Below are positions 19,566-28,671 of a DNA stretch of 64,000 nucleotides, piece after piece (position 1 is the first letter of the stretch; every line of letters starts with the position of its first letter). The notes under the pieces were generated by a model that saw only the letters and a list, made by a program, of their open reading frames with translations, searched no databases and had not been told where the DNA came from. The translations under genes were made by a program, and so were the position numbers. The stretch lies in contig JAQUQE010000003.1 in the NCBI GenBank assembly GCA_028716225.1, positions 619 to 64,618 of the forward strand, written 5' to 3'. This stretch comes from Dehalococcoidales bacterium. Its GTDB lineage: Bacteria > Chloroflexota > Dehalococcoidia > Dehalococcoidales > UBA5760.

Positions 19566-20820
19566 TTACCTTCACCTTACCTCCGATGCTTCTTAATACC
19601 TCCCAGAAATCAGGAAATGTTTTGGAGACGCATTCCGCATCGTTTATTATCGTTCCTCCGGCGACAAGCCCGGGTATACTGAATGCCATAGCAATACGGT
19701 GGTCATTCTTACTATCGATGGCTGCACTCTTCGGTTGGCTGCCGGTAACAGTTAGTCTATCCTTATCTTCCTGTACTTCTACCCCCATTTTCTCCAGCCC
19801 CTCCCTTAATGCGGAGACCCGGTTTGATTCCTTTATGCGTGCCCTTGCCACCCCGCTAAACTCGCTCCTGCCGCGGGTCAGTGCCGCCAGAACCGCCAGC
19901 GTCGGCAGCAGGTCTGTACAGTCGGATAAATCAGCCTGTATCGCCTTCAGGCTGGATTTTCTCACCGTTATAGCGCTCTTGCTTAACTCTATTGAGGCGC
20001 CCATATTCCTGAGAAAGTCCAGCATTATCCTGTCGCCTTGCCGGCTTTCCAGGTTCAGGTTCTTTACCGCTACCGTTCCTGATAGCGCCCCCATAGCCAG
20101 GAAATATGAAGCCGATGACCAGTCTCCCTCCACCCGGTACCTGGAGGGCTGGTATCTCTGCGGCGCTATCAGGAATTCTCTCAAATCCGGAGAGGCGGCC
20201 ACATTTACGCCGAACCTTTTCATACAGTCCATGGTCATCATAAGGTAAGGCTTTGACTCTACCGGTGTGGTCAGTCTGATCCGGACTTCCTGTTTGGCAA
20301 GCGGGGACGCAATGAGCAGCGCTGAGATATACTGAGAGCTGATATTACCGGGTAGCTCCGTTACGCCGCCTATTAGTCCGCCTCCCTTGACGGTTACCGG
20401 GGCTACTTCACCCTGGCAGGAGCAGTCTACTCCTAATTGCCTTAGTGCCTGAACCAGCGTTTTGACCGGCCTCCGGGCCAGGGAAGTGCCGGTAACTAAG
20501 CGGAATTTCCCTGATATTGACGAACAGACCGCCGTCATTAATCTCAAGGTGGCGGCGGAATCGGCGCAAAAGAGGTCTGCCGCTGCCTCGTGCAACTCTC
20601 CACCGGCAACCCGCCATAGGCCGTCTTCCTGCTGAATTTTTACTCCGATACTACCCAGTACATCCCGGGCAGCTTCAGTGTCCTCTGAGATCAGGGGATT
20701 TATGATTTCACTCTCGCCTCTGGCTAAGGCAGCGCAGATAAGCCCCCTGATAGTATAGCTCTTCGAGGCCGGGGCGATAACTTCCCCTGTTAATATGCTT
20801 TTCTCAACTAAGGCTTTCAT
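19546..20820 (-). CDS. aroA: 3-phosphoshikimate 1-carboxyvinyltransferase (EPSP synthase)
   Basis: 424 aa with [14 protein letters not shown] and DHRIAMAF. Confidence 0.95.
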   Translation of the reverse strand: MKALVEKSILTGEVIAPASKSYTIRGLICAALARGESEIINPLISEDTEAARDVLGSIGVKIQQEDGLWRVAGGELHEAAADLFCADSAATLRLMTAVCSSISGKFRLVTGTSLARRPVKTLVQALRQLGVDCSCQGEVAPVTVKGGGLIGGVTELPGNISSQYISALLIASPLAKQEVRIRLTTPVESKPYLMMTMDCMKRFGVNVAASPDLREFLIAPQRYQPSRYRVEGDWSSASYFLAMGALSGTVAVKNLNLESRQGDRIMLDFLRNMGASIELSKSAITVRKSSLKAIQADLSDCTDLLPTLAVLAALTRGRSEFSGVARARIKESNRVSALREGLEKMGVEVQEDKDRLTVTGSQPKSAAIDSKNDHRIAMAFSIPGLVAGGTIINDAECVSKTFPDFWEVLRSIGGKVKVNGEQSG

Positions 20821-21331
20821 ACTCTTTTATCTTGGCTGTTATTTGCCTGACCACGGAGTCGATATCCAGCCCTGAGGTATTTACTGTGACGTCGGCAGCC
20901 CGTTCGTAAAGCGGCCTGCGGAATCTTAACAGATCTTTAATGGTCAGGGCAGGGTTAGCTACAGCAAGCAGTGGCCTCTCATCGATATCTCTTGATATCC
21001 GCCTTAGTATTACCCGTGGTGAGGCAGTGAGGTATACGATTACCGCTTCCTTTCTTAGCCGGTCAATGTTTATTTTGTTTAATATAACACCACCCCCGCA
21101 GGCAATAACAGCATTCCTCTGCTGGCTGACTTCCTTAACGACCTCAATTTCGAACTCTCGAAAGGATATTTCCCCGTCCTCCTTGAATATTGCGGGAATA
21201 GTCTTCCTTGCTTTCTTTTCAATGAGGAGATCAAGCTCAAAGAACTCCTTACCCAGTTTCTCGGCCAGGGCCTTACCCACCGCAGTCTTTCCTGTCCCCA
21301 TGAAACCGATCAGGGCGATACTCGTCTTCAC
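20804..21331 (-). CDS. aroK: Shikimate kinase
   Basis: 175 aa with Walker A GFMGTGKT and ACGGG. Confidence 0.9.
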   Translation of the reverse strand: MKTSIALIGFMGTGKTAVGKALAEKLGKEFFELDLLIEKKARKTIPAIFKEDGEISFREFEIEVVKEVSQQRNAVIACGGGVILNKINIDRLRKEAVIVYLTASPRVILRRISRDIDERPLLAVANPALTIKDLLRFRRPLYERAADVTVNTSGLDIDSVVRQITAKIKEYESLS

Positions 21332-22197
21332 TTTCCTAAGGCCTTCATAGCTTCTTTTTTCATCAGCTCGAGGGGAGCTTTAAGACCCGTCCATTTTTCA
21401 AAGGCCAGTGCTCCCTGCCAGGCAAGCATATCGAGCCCGCTTATTGTACTGGCACCGGCTGCTTGCGCTTCTCTGAGCAGCCTCGTCTGTATAGGGTTAT
21501 ATACGATGTCGAAAACAACCGGGGTTGATTTCAGCAACCTCATCGGGACCGGTGTCTCATTGGTATCGGGGCTCATGCCGACGCTGGTTGTATTAACCAG
21601 GATATCGGTTCCTTCCAGTGCTTCTGCCAGATTTGCATCGTTTAGTTCCAGCGCTGCCGTCTCTTTCTTAAAGGCCCGGGATATCTCACGAGCCAGGTTT
21701 TCTGCCCATTCTATCTCCACCTGCCGGTTCAGAATAACCAGATTGGCGCCGCTTTCCGCAAGGATGAAAGAAATCCCTCTTGATGCGCCGCCAGCGCCCA
21801 GGACAACTACTTTCTTGCCCTCTGGTTTGATCCCCTTGTCCAGTAGTGCCTGTAGGAATCCGGTAGCATCGGTGTTGTAACCTCGCAAAGCCCCATTGTC
21901 ATTGACTATGGTGTTAACGGCACCTATCCGCTCGGCAATGGGGTCCAGCTCATCCAGAAATGAGATGACGGCTACTTTATGAGGGATGGTGACGTTCAAG
22001 CCGGCCAGGTTGAGGGCTCTGGCTCCTGCAATCGCCTGGCCCAGGTCATCTTTTTTTACCCGGAAGGGAAGATAGACGTAGTCTATGCCCAGTTCGCTGA
22101 AGGCAGCATTATGCATCACCGGTGACATGGTGTGCTCGATAGGGTCACCGATGACTCCGCAGACCCGTGTTTTCCCCGATACAACTCTATTTGTCAT
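21328..22197 (-). CDS. aroE: Shikimate 5-dehydrogenase
   Basis: 289 aa with SPVMHNAAF, NVTIPHK, NTD and VLGAGGASR. Confidence 0.9.
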   Translation of the reverse strand: MTNRVVSGKTRVCGVIGDPIEHTMSPVMHNAAFSELGIDYVYLPFRVKKDDLGQAIAGARALNLAGLNVTIPHKVAVISFLDELDPIAERIGAVNTIVNDNGALRGYNTDATGFLQALLDKGIKPEGKKVVVLGAGGASRGISFILAESGANLVILNRQVEIEWAENLAREISRAFKKETAALELNDANLAEALEGTDILVNTTSVGMSPDTNETPVPMRLLKSTPVVFDIVYNPIQTRLLREAQAAGASTISGLDMLAWQGALAFEKWTGLKAPLELMKKEAMKALGK

Positions 22198-22850
22198 CTT
22201 GGCACCATATCATAGAGTTTCCTTAACTGTCTGGCAGTTATCTGGCCGGGTGCGGACTCTCTGCCTTCTTCGATCGATGCGTAGGTAAAATCGCCACCGA
22301 CCAGTGGACAGAGAACCCGGCTCACCAGACCCAGCGGGCCCATGGCAAAGGAAACCATCCTTGTTTTAGGGAACTCGGTGATGAGCTTCAGTATGGTCAG
22401 GTTATCCTCCAGGCTCCCTGCTGTGGTGATCACCTTGCATACATCGGCGCCGGCTTCCATCTGTTTCTTGACTATTTCTTTGAGGCTGTCGAGGGGGGGC
22501 GTTTTTTTTAGTTCGTGGAATGACAGGAGGCACTTTGTTCTCTTCTTAATCTGCGGTATGATTTTTCCCAGTTCTCTTGTCTCGACCTCGATGTCAACCA
22601 TTGCGCAGCCAAGCTCACTGGCTTTCACCAGCTCCTCCGTCCGTTCTGCTTCGCTCTTTTCCCACCTGCCTCCTTCAACAGCGCTCCTGGCGCAGGCTAT
22701 CCATGGTTTCTCAAGCCGCCTGGCTATGTCCTGCCATCCCTCTCCAATGAAGTCTATCCGGACCTCGAATAGTTCAGCGAAAGGCTCAATCTCCCTCAGC
22801 GCTTTCTCGTCCCTGTTTGTGATAACAGCACAGATTCCGGGCTTTTTCAT
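22194..22850 (-). CDS. aroD: 3-dehydroquinate dehydratase, type I
   Basis: 218 aa TIM-barrel DHquinase_I (EVRIDF, the Schiff-base Lys region and SFAMG). Confidence 0.85.
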   Translation of the reverse strand: MKKPGICAVITNRDEKALREIEPFAELFEVRIDFIGEGWQDIARRLEKPWIACARSAVEGGRWEKSEAERTEELVKASELGCAMVDIEVETRELGKIIPQIKKRTKCLLSFHELKKTPPLDSLKEIVKKQMEAGADVCKVITTAGSLEDNLTILKLITEFPKTRMVSFAMGPLGLVSRVLCPLVGGDFTYASIEEGRESAPGQITARQLRKLYDMVPR

Positions 22851-22851
22851 C

Positions 22852-23925
22852 CTAACCTATCAGGGCCTGCTCTACTAAGGACAGATCCACCTCTTCGGTA
22901 ATGAACACCTTACCCAGCGATTCGGGCAGGATAAATCTCAGCCTTCCTTTCCAGACCTTTTTGTCCTGCTTCATCGCCGCAACCAGTTTTCCCATTCCCG
23001 GGTCGGGCAGTCTGGTGGGTAATCCAGCCCGCTTGATAAGGTCCTCCAGTCTGTCCAGTTCATTTTGTTTAAGTATGCTCATCCTTTGGGAAATTCTGGC
23101 CGCTGCTAACATCCCGATGGCTACCGCTTCACCGTGGCTTACCTTGAAATTTGAGACTGACTCAACGGCATGCCCCACGGTATGGCCGAAGTTCAGGATG
23201 GCCCTTAGCCCCAAGTCCTTCTCGTCCTTTTCCACTACCTCCGCCTTAATCTTAGCCGACCGGAAGACGATTTCCTCAACCGTCTCCGCATCGAGCAGTT
23301 TGATCTTATCGAGGTTATTCTCGAGGTAGGTAAAGAATCCTTCGTCTCGAATAACTCCATATTTTATCACTTCAGCCAGTCCGTTGGTAAACTGCTTGTC
23401 GTCAAGGGTTCTGATGGTATCAATGTCGCTGATTACCAGCCTTGGCTGATAAAAGGCCCCGATTTTGTTTTTTAACCGGTCGTGATCCAGCGCCACCTTA
23501 CCGCCGATGCTGCTGTCAACCTGTGCCAGCAGGGTGGTTGGTAACTGTACCAGCGGGACTCCCCTCAGGTATGTAGCAGCCACGAATCCGGCTAAGTCCC
23601 CGATAACCCCTCCCCCCAGGGCTAGAATAGGCGTGGTTCTTTCCGCATGGCATTCGGCTAATTCACGGTATAGTCTGCCGGCCGTTTCCAATGACTTTTG
23701 CTCTTCCCCATCGGGGATGGTGAGGTTGGTTACCGCAAATCCTGACGCGGTCAGGCTACGCCCGACGACGTCACCGTACAGGTCATGCACTACGGGGTTG
23801 CTGATGACCACCAGCCTGCCGTCAAAGCCTATTTCCTTTAGCTGATGGCCGCTTTGCTTCAGTATTCCCGGCCCGATATCAATATCGTAGCTGTTACTGC
23901 CCAGCCTTAGTCGAATTTCTTTCAT
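22852..23925 (-). CDS. aroB: 3-dehydroquinate synthase
   Basis: 357 aa with GGGVIGDLAGF, QVDSSIGGK and GHTVGHA. Confidence 0.93.
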   Translation of the reverse strand: MKEIRLRLGSNSYDIDIGPGILKQSGHQLKEIGFDGRLVVISNPVVHDLYGDVVGRSLTASGFAVTNLTIPDGEEQKSLETAGRLYRELAECHAERTTPILALGGGVIGDLAGFVAATYLRGVPLVQLPTTLLAQVDSSIGGKVALDHDRLKNKIGAFYQPRLVISDIDTIRTLDDKQFTNGLAEVIKYGVIRDEGFFTYLENNLDKIKLLDAETVEEIVFRSAKIKAEVVEKDEKDLGLRAILNFGHTVGHAVESVSNFKVSHGEAVAIGMLAAARISQRMSILKQNELDRLEDLIKRAGLPTRLPDPGMGKLVAAMKQDKKVWKGRLRFILPESLGKVFITEEVDLSLVEQALIG

Positions 23926-24982
23926 TTTTTCTTGTTGGGATCAGTTTGCTGATTTTACGACAGGTTTCAATAGTCTCCTTAAGTTCGTCAGGTGTGATAG
24001 CTTGCTGTGCATCAACCAGCGCTTCCGCCGGGTTGTAGTGCATCTCAATCATCAGGCCACTGGCACCTACGGCGATAGCGGCACAACTCATTTTGAAGAT
24101 AAGGTCTCGGCGTCCGGCCGCATGACTGGGGTCTACGATGATAGGCAGGTAGGTTTCTTTTTGAATGATCGGGACGGCGGACAGGTCGAGAGTATATCTG
24201 ATGTAGTTCTTACCTTTGCCTACAGGTAATACTCCTCTTTCACAGAGAATAATGTCCCGGTTGCCTTCAGCGGCAATGTATTCCGCAAAAGACAGGAATT
24301 CTTCAATGCTGGCGCCGAAATGGCGTTTGAACAGGATAGGTTTCTTTGTCCTGGCGACCTTCGTAAGCAGGTCTTGATTATACATGTTTCTCGTCCCTAT
24401 CTGGAGTATGTCGGCATACTCAGCAGCCAGTTCAACCTGTGTTTCTCCCCTTACCTCGGTTATCGTTGCCAGGTCGAATCTGTCCCCTGCTTCGCGGAGC
24501 CATTTAAGGGCCTCTCTGGCTTCTTCCCAGCCTATCGAGCCCAGCCCCTGGAAAGAGTGTACCGAGCTCCTCGGCTTGAAAATACCTCCTCTCAGGATAT
24601 GAGCTCCGCACTTAGCTGCGTCTTCAGCAATTCTCAGCAGTTGCTGGTGGCTCTCTACGGCACAAGGCCCGGCAATAAATACCGGTTCGTCTCCGCCTAT
24701 CTCAATGTTCTTTACCCTAACCGTCGTGTGCTCTGTGCCATCGTCGAAGAATTTGGCGTATTCCTTACTGATTAGCTTGTAGGGGACTTCAACCATGGCG
24801 GCCTCTTTTACACCGGGTAGTGCGGTCAGTTGTTCAAACGGCACCTTGCTTTCGTCTCCGACCAGTCCGATTATGGTACGGAATTTCCCCTTGGAAACAT
24901 CGGCTCTAAGACCGAGTTTATTTATTTCTTTAACCACATTGTTTACCTCATCTTTTGTGGCGTCGGTTTTCATGATTATCAT
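23894..24982 (-). CDS. aroF: DAHP synthase, type I-beta, with an N-terminal ferredoxin-like regulatory domain (Thermotoga-type)
   Basis: It aligns by eye along its full length with T. maritima DAH7PS (GPCAVES, RGGIFKPRSS, QIGTRN, KRHFG, VDPSHA). I chose ATG 24982 (MIIMKTD), which has a GAGGGG SD 4 nt upstream. Confidence 0.9.
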   Translation of the reverse strand: MIIMKTDATKDEVNNVVKEINKLGLRADVSKGKFRTIIGLVGDESKVPFEQLTALPGVKEAAMVEVPYKLISKEYAKFFDDGTEHTTVRVKNIEIGGDEPVFIAGPCAVESHQQLLRIAEDAAKCGAHILRGGIFKPRSSVHSFQGLGSIGWEEAREALKWLREAGDRFDLATITEVRGETQVELAAEYADILQIGTRNMYNQDLLTKVARTKKPILFKRHFGASIEEFLSFAEYIAAEGNRDIILCERGVLPVGKGKNYIRYTLDLSAVPIIQKETYLPIIVDPSHAAGRRDLIFKMSCAAIAVGASGLMIEMHYNPAEALVDAQQAITPDELKETIETCRKISKLIPTRKNERNSTKAGQ

Positions 24983-25044
24983 CTGTCCCCTCACTTTTCA
25001 TCTGGATATAATATTTCGATGCTGTTTGCTCTTGTTTTGCTTTT

Positions 25045-25077
25045 AAAAATAGAAAGACCCTCCCGCTTTAGGAGGGT
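25045..25077 (-). terminator. Intrinsic terminator (attenuator) in the aro operon leader
   Basis: On the minus strand: ACCCTCC (25077-25071), loop TAAAGCG, GGAGGGT (25063-25057), then CTTTCTATTTTT. It lies about 60 nt upstream of the aroF start. Confidence 0.55.
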
Positions 25078-25122
25078 TTCTGAGCTTCGACTGTTCAATT
25101 TGTTGGCTCGTAATGCATCTAT

Positions 25123-25212
25123 TTAATGCTGATCCCTCCAGGCGCACCTTATGCGCCAGGTAAATGCAAAACGGGTATAATAACACAATTTGTGAAGAGC
25201 AACACTCAACAT
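25123..25212 (-). CDS. Candidate aro leader peptide (29 aa): MLSVALHKLCYYTRFAFTWRIRCAWRDQH
   Basis: ATG with a GAGGTGA SD 9 nt upstream. It contains 2 Tyr, 2 Phe and 2 Trp codons. The stop lies 8 nt after a GGAGGG that is identical to the terminator 3' arm. Confidence 0.45.
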   Translation of the reverse strand: MLSVALHKLCYYTRFAFTWRIRCAWRDQH

Positions 25213-25240
25213 ATTGACGTTCACCTCGTCTATGTAGACT

Positions 25241-25269
25241 AAGTTAGCATAAGGAACACGGTTTGTCAA
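25241..25269 (-). promoter_or_regulatory. Putative promoter of the aro leader/operon (TTGACA-17-TAACTT)
   Basis: The -35 TTGACA is at 25269-25264 and the -10 TAACTT at 25246-25241 (minus-strand reading). Confidence 0.3.
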
Positions 25270-25347
25270 TATATTTCCCCTGATGCTATGCTGTTCGGGC
25301 GGATGGTTGCCGATGTGGTAGAATGGGAGAAATCAGGGAGTGTGAAT

Positions 25348-25914
25348 ATGGAGAACCGGGTTACGGAAGTTAATGTCGGTAGTGCCAGGCTGCATATAAT
25401 CCAGGGGGACATTACCAAGCAGAGTACCGATGCCGTTGTCAATGCCGCTAATTCCAGTTTAATGGGTGGTGGTGGCGTCGATGGCGCTATCCATAAGGCC
25501 GGTGGTCCCACCATTTTAGAAGAGTGTAAAAAGATTGTATCCCGGCAGGGGCGGTTGCCAACCGGTAAGGCGGTAATTACCACCGGCGGTAATCTTAGGG
25601 CAAGGTATGTGATCCACACCGTTGGTCCCGTCTGGCGTGGCGGTGATAAGGGAGAATCGGAACTGCTGGCCAGTGCCTATCAGGAGAGTTTACGTTTGGC
25701 TGTGGGAAACAAGCTGCACAGCATCTCCTTTCCCTCAATAAGCACCGGCATCTATGGCTATCCGGTTGAACTGGCGGCCGAAGTGGCTCTCGGTACTGTC
25801 GTCGCCTTCCTGCAACAGGGTCCTGCCGCTCTTGAAGAAGTGGTCTTCGTGCTGTTTGATAGCGAGACATTTGCTGCTTACTCAAGGGCTCTAAAGGAAT
25901 TGGTTGAGCAATGA
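25348..25914 (+). CDS. Macro-domain protein (O-acetyl-ADP-ribose deacetylase / ADP-ribose binding, YmdB-like)
   Basis: Motifs GDITKQSTDAVVNAANSSLMGGGGVDGAIH and SFPSISTGIYGYP. I chose ATG 25348, which has a GGGAG SD. Confidence 0.85.
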   Translation: MENRVTEVNVGSARLHIIQGDITKQSTDAVVNAANSSLMGGGGVDGAIHKAGGPTILEECKKIVSRQGRLPTGKAVITTGGNLRARYVIHTVGPVWRGGDKGESELLASAYQESLRLAVGNKLHSISFPSISTGIYGYPVELAAEVALGTVVAFLQQGPAALEEVVFVLFDSETFAAYSRALKELVEQ

Positions 25915-25957
25915 TGAGCCGGGCGGGGTTTTGTGGGGCGTATTGCAGGACTGAGTT

Positions 25958-26806
25958 ATGCTAGAGATTAAAAAAGACAGTGGCATAGGGTTTTGTTTCG
26001 GGGTTAGACGGGCTATTGATATTGTTGAGAAGATTGCTCGTGAGCGTGGTGCTTTAGAGACGCTGGGGGCTATTGTGCATAACCAGCCGGTACTGCAGAA
26101 ACTGGCCGGTATCGGGGTCAGGATGGCCGGAGGAGTGGATGATATCAAGGGGAATATCGTAGCTACCAGCGCCCATGGCATAAGTCCCCGGATGGAGGAG
26201 GATCTTCGGGCCCGTCATATTGATATAGTCAGTACTACCTGTCCCTTTGTTCACCGGGCTCAGCTTGCCGCTCAGAGGTTAGCTCAAGCCGGCTTCCGGG
26301 TGGTGATATATGGCGATGCCAATCACCCGGAGGTTGAGGGGGTTATCGGATGGGCTAAGGGTAAAGGGGTAGCTACACTGGATGAGAAGTTCGTGTACGG
26401 GATTAAACCTTTGCCAAGCCGGTTGGGGGTTCTATCTCAGACAACTCAGATTCCGGCCCATTTTACTGACTTTGTCAAGAAGCTTGTTGATCTTACCTTC
26501 ACGAAAGACTCTGAGTTATATGTCATTGATACTATCTGCCACGAGATCAGGGAACGGCAAGCGTCTGCTCTTGAACTGGCTTGCAGAGTGGACTTGATGC
26601 TTGTTATCGGTGGTCATAACAGTGCCAATACCAACTGTCTTGCCCGGTTATGTTCTCGAGTTACCAAAACTTATCTCGTTGAGACGGTTGATGAGATTGA
26701 ATCCGCCTGGTTCAGAAGTCAGCGCTGTGTAGGCATAACCGGTGGAACCTCTACGGCTGAAGAGACCATAAATGATGTAGTTGTCAGGCTTGAGTCAATA
26801 GGCTGA
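25958..26806 (+). CDS. ispH: 4-hydroxy-3-methylbut-2-enyl diphosphate reductase
   Basis: 282 aa with GFCFGVRRAI, TCPFV, the conserved Cys triad, and SANT. Confidence 0.93.
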   Translation: MLEIKKDSGIGFCFGVRRAIDIVEKIARERGALETLGAIVHNQPVLQKLAGIGVRMAGGVDDIKGNIVATSAHGISPRMEEDLRARHIDIVSTTCPFVHRAQLAAQRLAQAGFRVVIYGDANHPEVEGVIGWAKGKGVATLDEKFVYGIKPLPSRLGVLSQTTQIPAHFTDFVKKLVDLTFTKDSELYVIDTICHEIRERQASALELACRVDLMLVIGGHNSANTNCLARLCSRVTKTYLVETVDEIESAWFRSQRCVGITGGTSTAEETINDVVVRLESIG

Positions 26807-26839
26807 GCCTGGACATGAGTATGGAATTCAAGTTTCCCC

Positions 26840-28021
26840 TTATCGGTAGCCCGGCTGTCTTTTACAGATGAATAGCCGCATGGCACGTTCGGTAACATCA
26901 GTAATTAGCTCCTCCGCAATCTCGGTGGACTGACTGAAGGTGATAGGACCGGGGGCGATACTGAAGACCGTGTCAATCCCCTCTCTGTATACTGCAGAGT
27001 AACCGTTGCCAATTTCACCGGTGATAGCAATGACGGGTAACCCGAAGTCCTTGGCCTTTCGGGCGACTCCCACCGGCGTCTTGCCACTGGCGGTTTGGCT
27101 GTCTATTCTACCCTCTCCGGTAAAGACCAGGTTGGCACCCCGCATTTTTTCGGCGAGGCTGGTCGCTTGAATAACGATATCTATACCAGGGAGCACCTGG
27201 GCTTTGAGGAAGGCGATTAAACCGGCACCCAGGCCGCCGGCTGCGCCGGCTCCGGGGATATCCCTGATGTCGGCGCCGAGTTTTTCTTGGATAACATCTG
27301 CGTAGTGGGCTAACGCTGCGTCAAGTTGTACTATCATTTCCGGAGTAGCTCCCTTTTGCGGACCGTAGATAAAGGAGGCTCCCTCGGGGCCGCAGAGAGG
27401 ATTGGTAACATCAGAGGCCAAGAGAATATCACAGTCGGCTAGTCGCGGGTCGATAGTCGTTGTGTCGATGTCTTCTAGGTCAATCAGCGCCGCTCCTCCC
27501 GGGGCGATGGCTGCTCCCTTGGCGTTGATCAGTTTGATGCCAAGAGCCTGGGCCATTCCGGCGCCGCCGTCATTGGTAGCGCTCCCGCCGATACCGATGA
27601 TGAATTTCCGGCAGCCTCTGGCAAGTGCGTCGCGGATCAATTCGCCGGTGCCATAGGTGGTAGTCAGCAGGGGATTACGTTTCTCCGGTGGGACCAGATC
27701 AAGACCGGAGGCCTCTGCCATCTCGATAACGGCGGTCACCCCATCGCTTAACATGGCCCAGCGAGCCGTGATGCGCTCTCCAATCGGGTCGGTTACCTCC
27801 ACTGATATGATGTTTCCCCCGATGGCATCGACCAGGGCCTGCATCGTACCCTCTCCACCGTCTGCCATCGGCACAATTACAGTTACCGCATCGGGAATTA
27901 CCTGTTTAATCCCTCTGCTGATTGCCCGCGATACCTCTAGAGCGGTAAGATTTCCCTTGAAGCCCTGCGGGGCGATAACAATCTTCATGACATCACTGTT
28001 CCGATAGTGTCTCCATGCCAC
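26840..28021 (-). CDS. glxK: Glycerate kinase. The start is either GTG 28021 or ATG 27988.
   Basis: MKIVIAPQGFKGNL, MADGGEGT, GIGGSATNDGG and TGEGRIDSQT are glycerate kinase family motifs. Confidence 0.88.
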   Translation of the reverse strand: MAWRHYRNSDVMKIVIAPQGFKGNLTALEVSRAISRGIKQVIPDAVTVIVPMADGGEGTMQALVDAIGGNIISVEVTDPIGERITARWAMLSDGVTAVIEMAEASGLDLVPPEKRNPLLTTTYGTGELIRDALARGCRKFIIGIGGSATNDGGAGMAQALGIKLINAKGAAIAPGGAALIDLEDIDTTTIDPRLADCDILLASDVTNPLCGPEGASFIYGPQKGATPEMIVQLDAALAHYADVIQEKLGADIRDIPGAGAAGGLGAGLIAFLKAQVLPGIDIVIQATSLAEKMRGANLVFTGEGRIDSQTASGKTPVGVARKAKDFGLPVIAITGEIGNGYSAVYREGIDTVFSIAPGPITFSQSTEIAEELITDVTERAMRLFICKRQPGYR

Positions 28022-28167
28022 GGGGCCATCCTGTGAGTATCTGGATACCGGGTATGATAAATCTACTTATTATAGTTCATTTCCCCTGACTGTCAACACT
28101 AACTTACTAACTTCCGGTGAAACAACCATATTAAATTACTATGCCATATTAGATTAGAGGTAAGACT

Positions 28168-28196
28168 TTGACACATTACCGCTGGTTACCTATAAT
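28168..28196 (+). promoter_or_regulatory. Perfect consensus sigma-70-type promoter (TTGACA-17-TATAAT)
   Basis: Read directly: TTGACA 28168-28173, a 17-nt spacer, TATAAT 28191-28196. It lies about 30 nt upstream of the small ORF at 28226. Confidence 0.6.
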
Positions 28197-28225
28197 AAAC
28201 CTGATAATATCTGTCAGGAGGGGCT

Positions 28226-28456
28226 TTGGCGGAGAAGCATAGACCTAAGGTGTTGGGTCAGGAGCATATGCTGGACGCTAAGGATATTGAGCGGCAGCTT
28301 GATATGATAGACCAGCGTTTGGATAATATCGACTCGGTGGTTAGCGCGGTTGTGGAACGCGTAATGAATCAGCCGCTGATTATTAATGTAACCTGTCCTC
28401 ACTGTGGGAAGACCGTTGATATCGCTGTCATGGGTAGTATGAAACCGGCGAAATAA
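28226..28456 (+). CDS. Small hypothetical protein (76 aa): a coiled-coil-like segment plus a single CPHC motif
   Basis: AGGAGG SD 4 nt before the TTG start. The sequence is IERQLDMIDQRLDNIDSVVSAVVERV followed by TCPHCGKTVDI. I do not recognise a family. Confidence 0.45.
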   Translation: MAEKHRPKVLGQEHMLDAKDIERQLDMIDQRLDNIDSVVSAVVERVMNQPLIINVTCPHCGKTVDIAVMGSMKPAK

Positions 28457-28671
28457 TAGAGAGTTTGGCCCGCATTGAATTATCCCTAGCGGTAGTGCCC
28501 CCTTACCGGTTAACCGGTTTCTCAGTAACAGAACCCCTGCCAAGCGTAGGATTATCTGTCGGGTGTGGAGTAGTGTGGAGATTTGCAGCATGATATTTGA
28601 CTTTCGCTTTGGAAGCGTTTATGCTAGAAATTTGAACTATAGAAAAGTTCAAACGCAAAAGGAGCGGTAAT

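Noticed and set aside
24983-25269. A T-box riboswitch upstream of the aro operon.
   Set aside because: There is no AGAGA/GNUGGNA stem I features, no conserved T-box sequence (AAnnnGGGTGGTACCGCG-like) and no specifier loop architecture. A leader-peptide model fits the sequence better.
28457-28671. A cobalamin riboswitch upstream of the B12-binding radical SAM gene.
   Set aside because: No B12-box (GCCACTG-type) or the conserved GGTNCC/AATC-GGGAA elements are visible.
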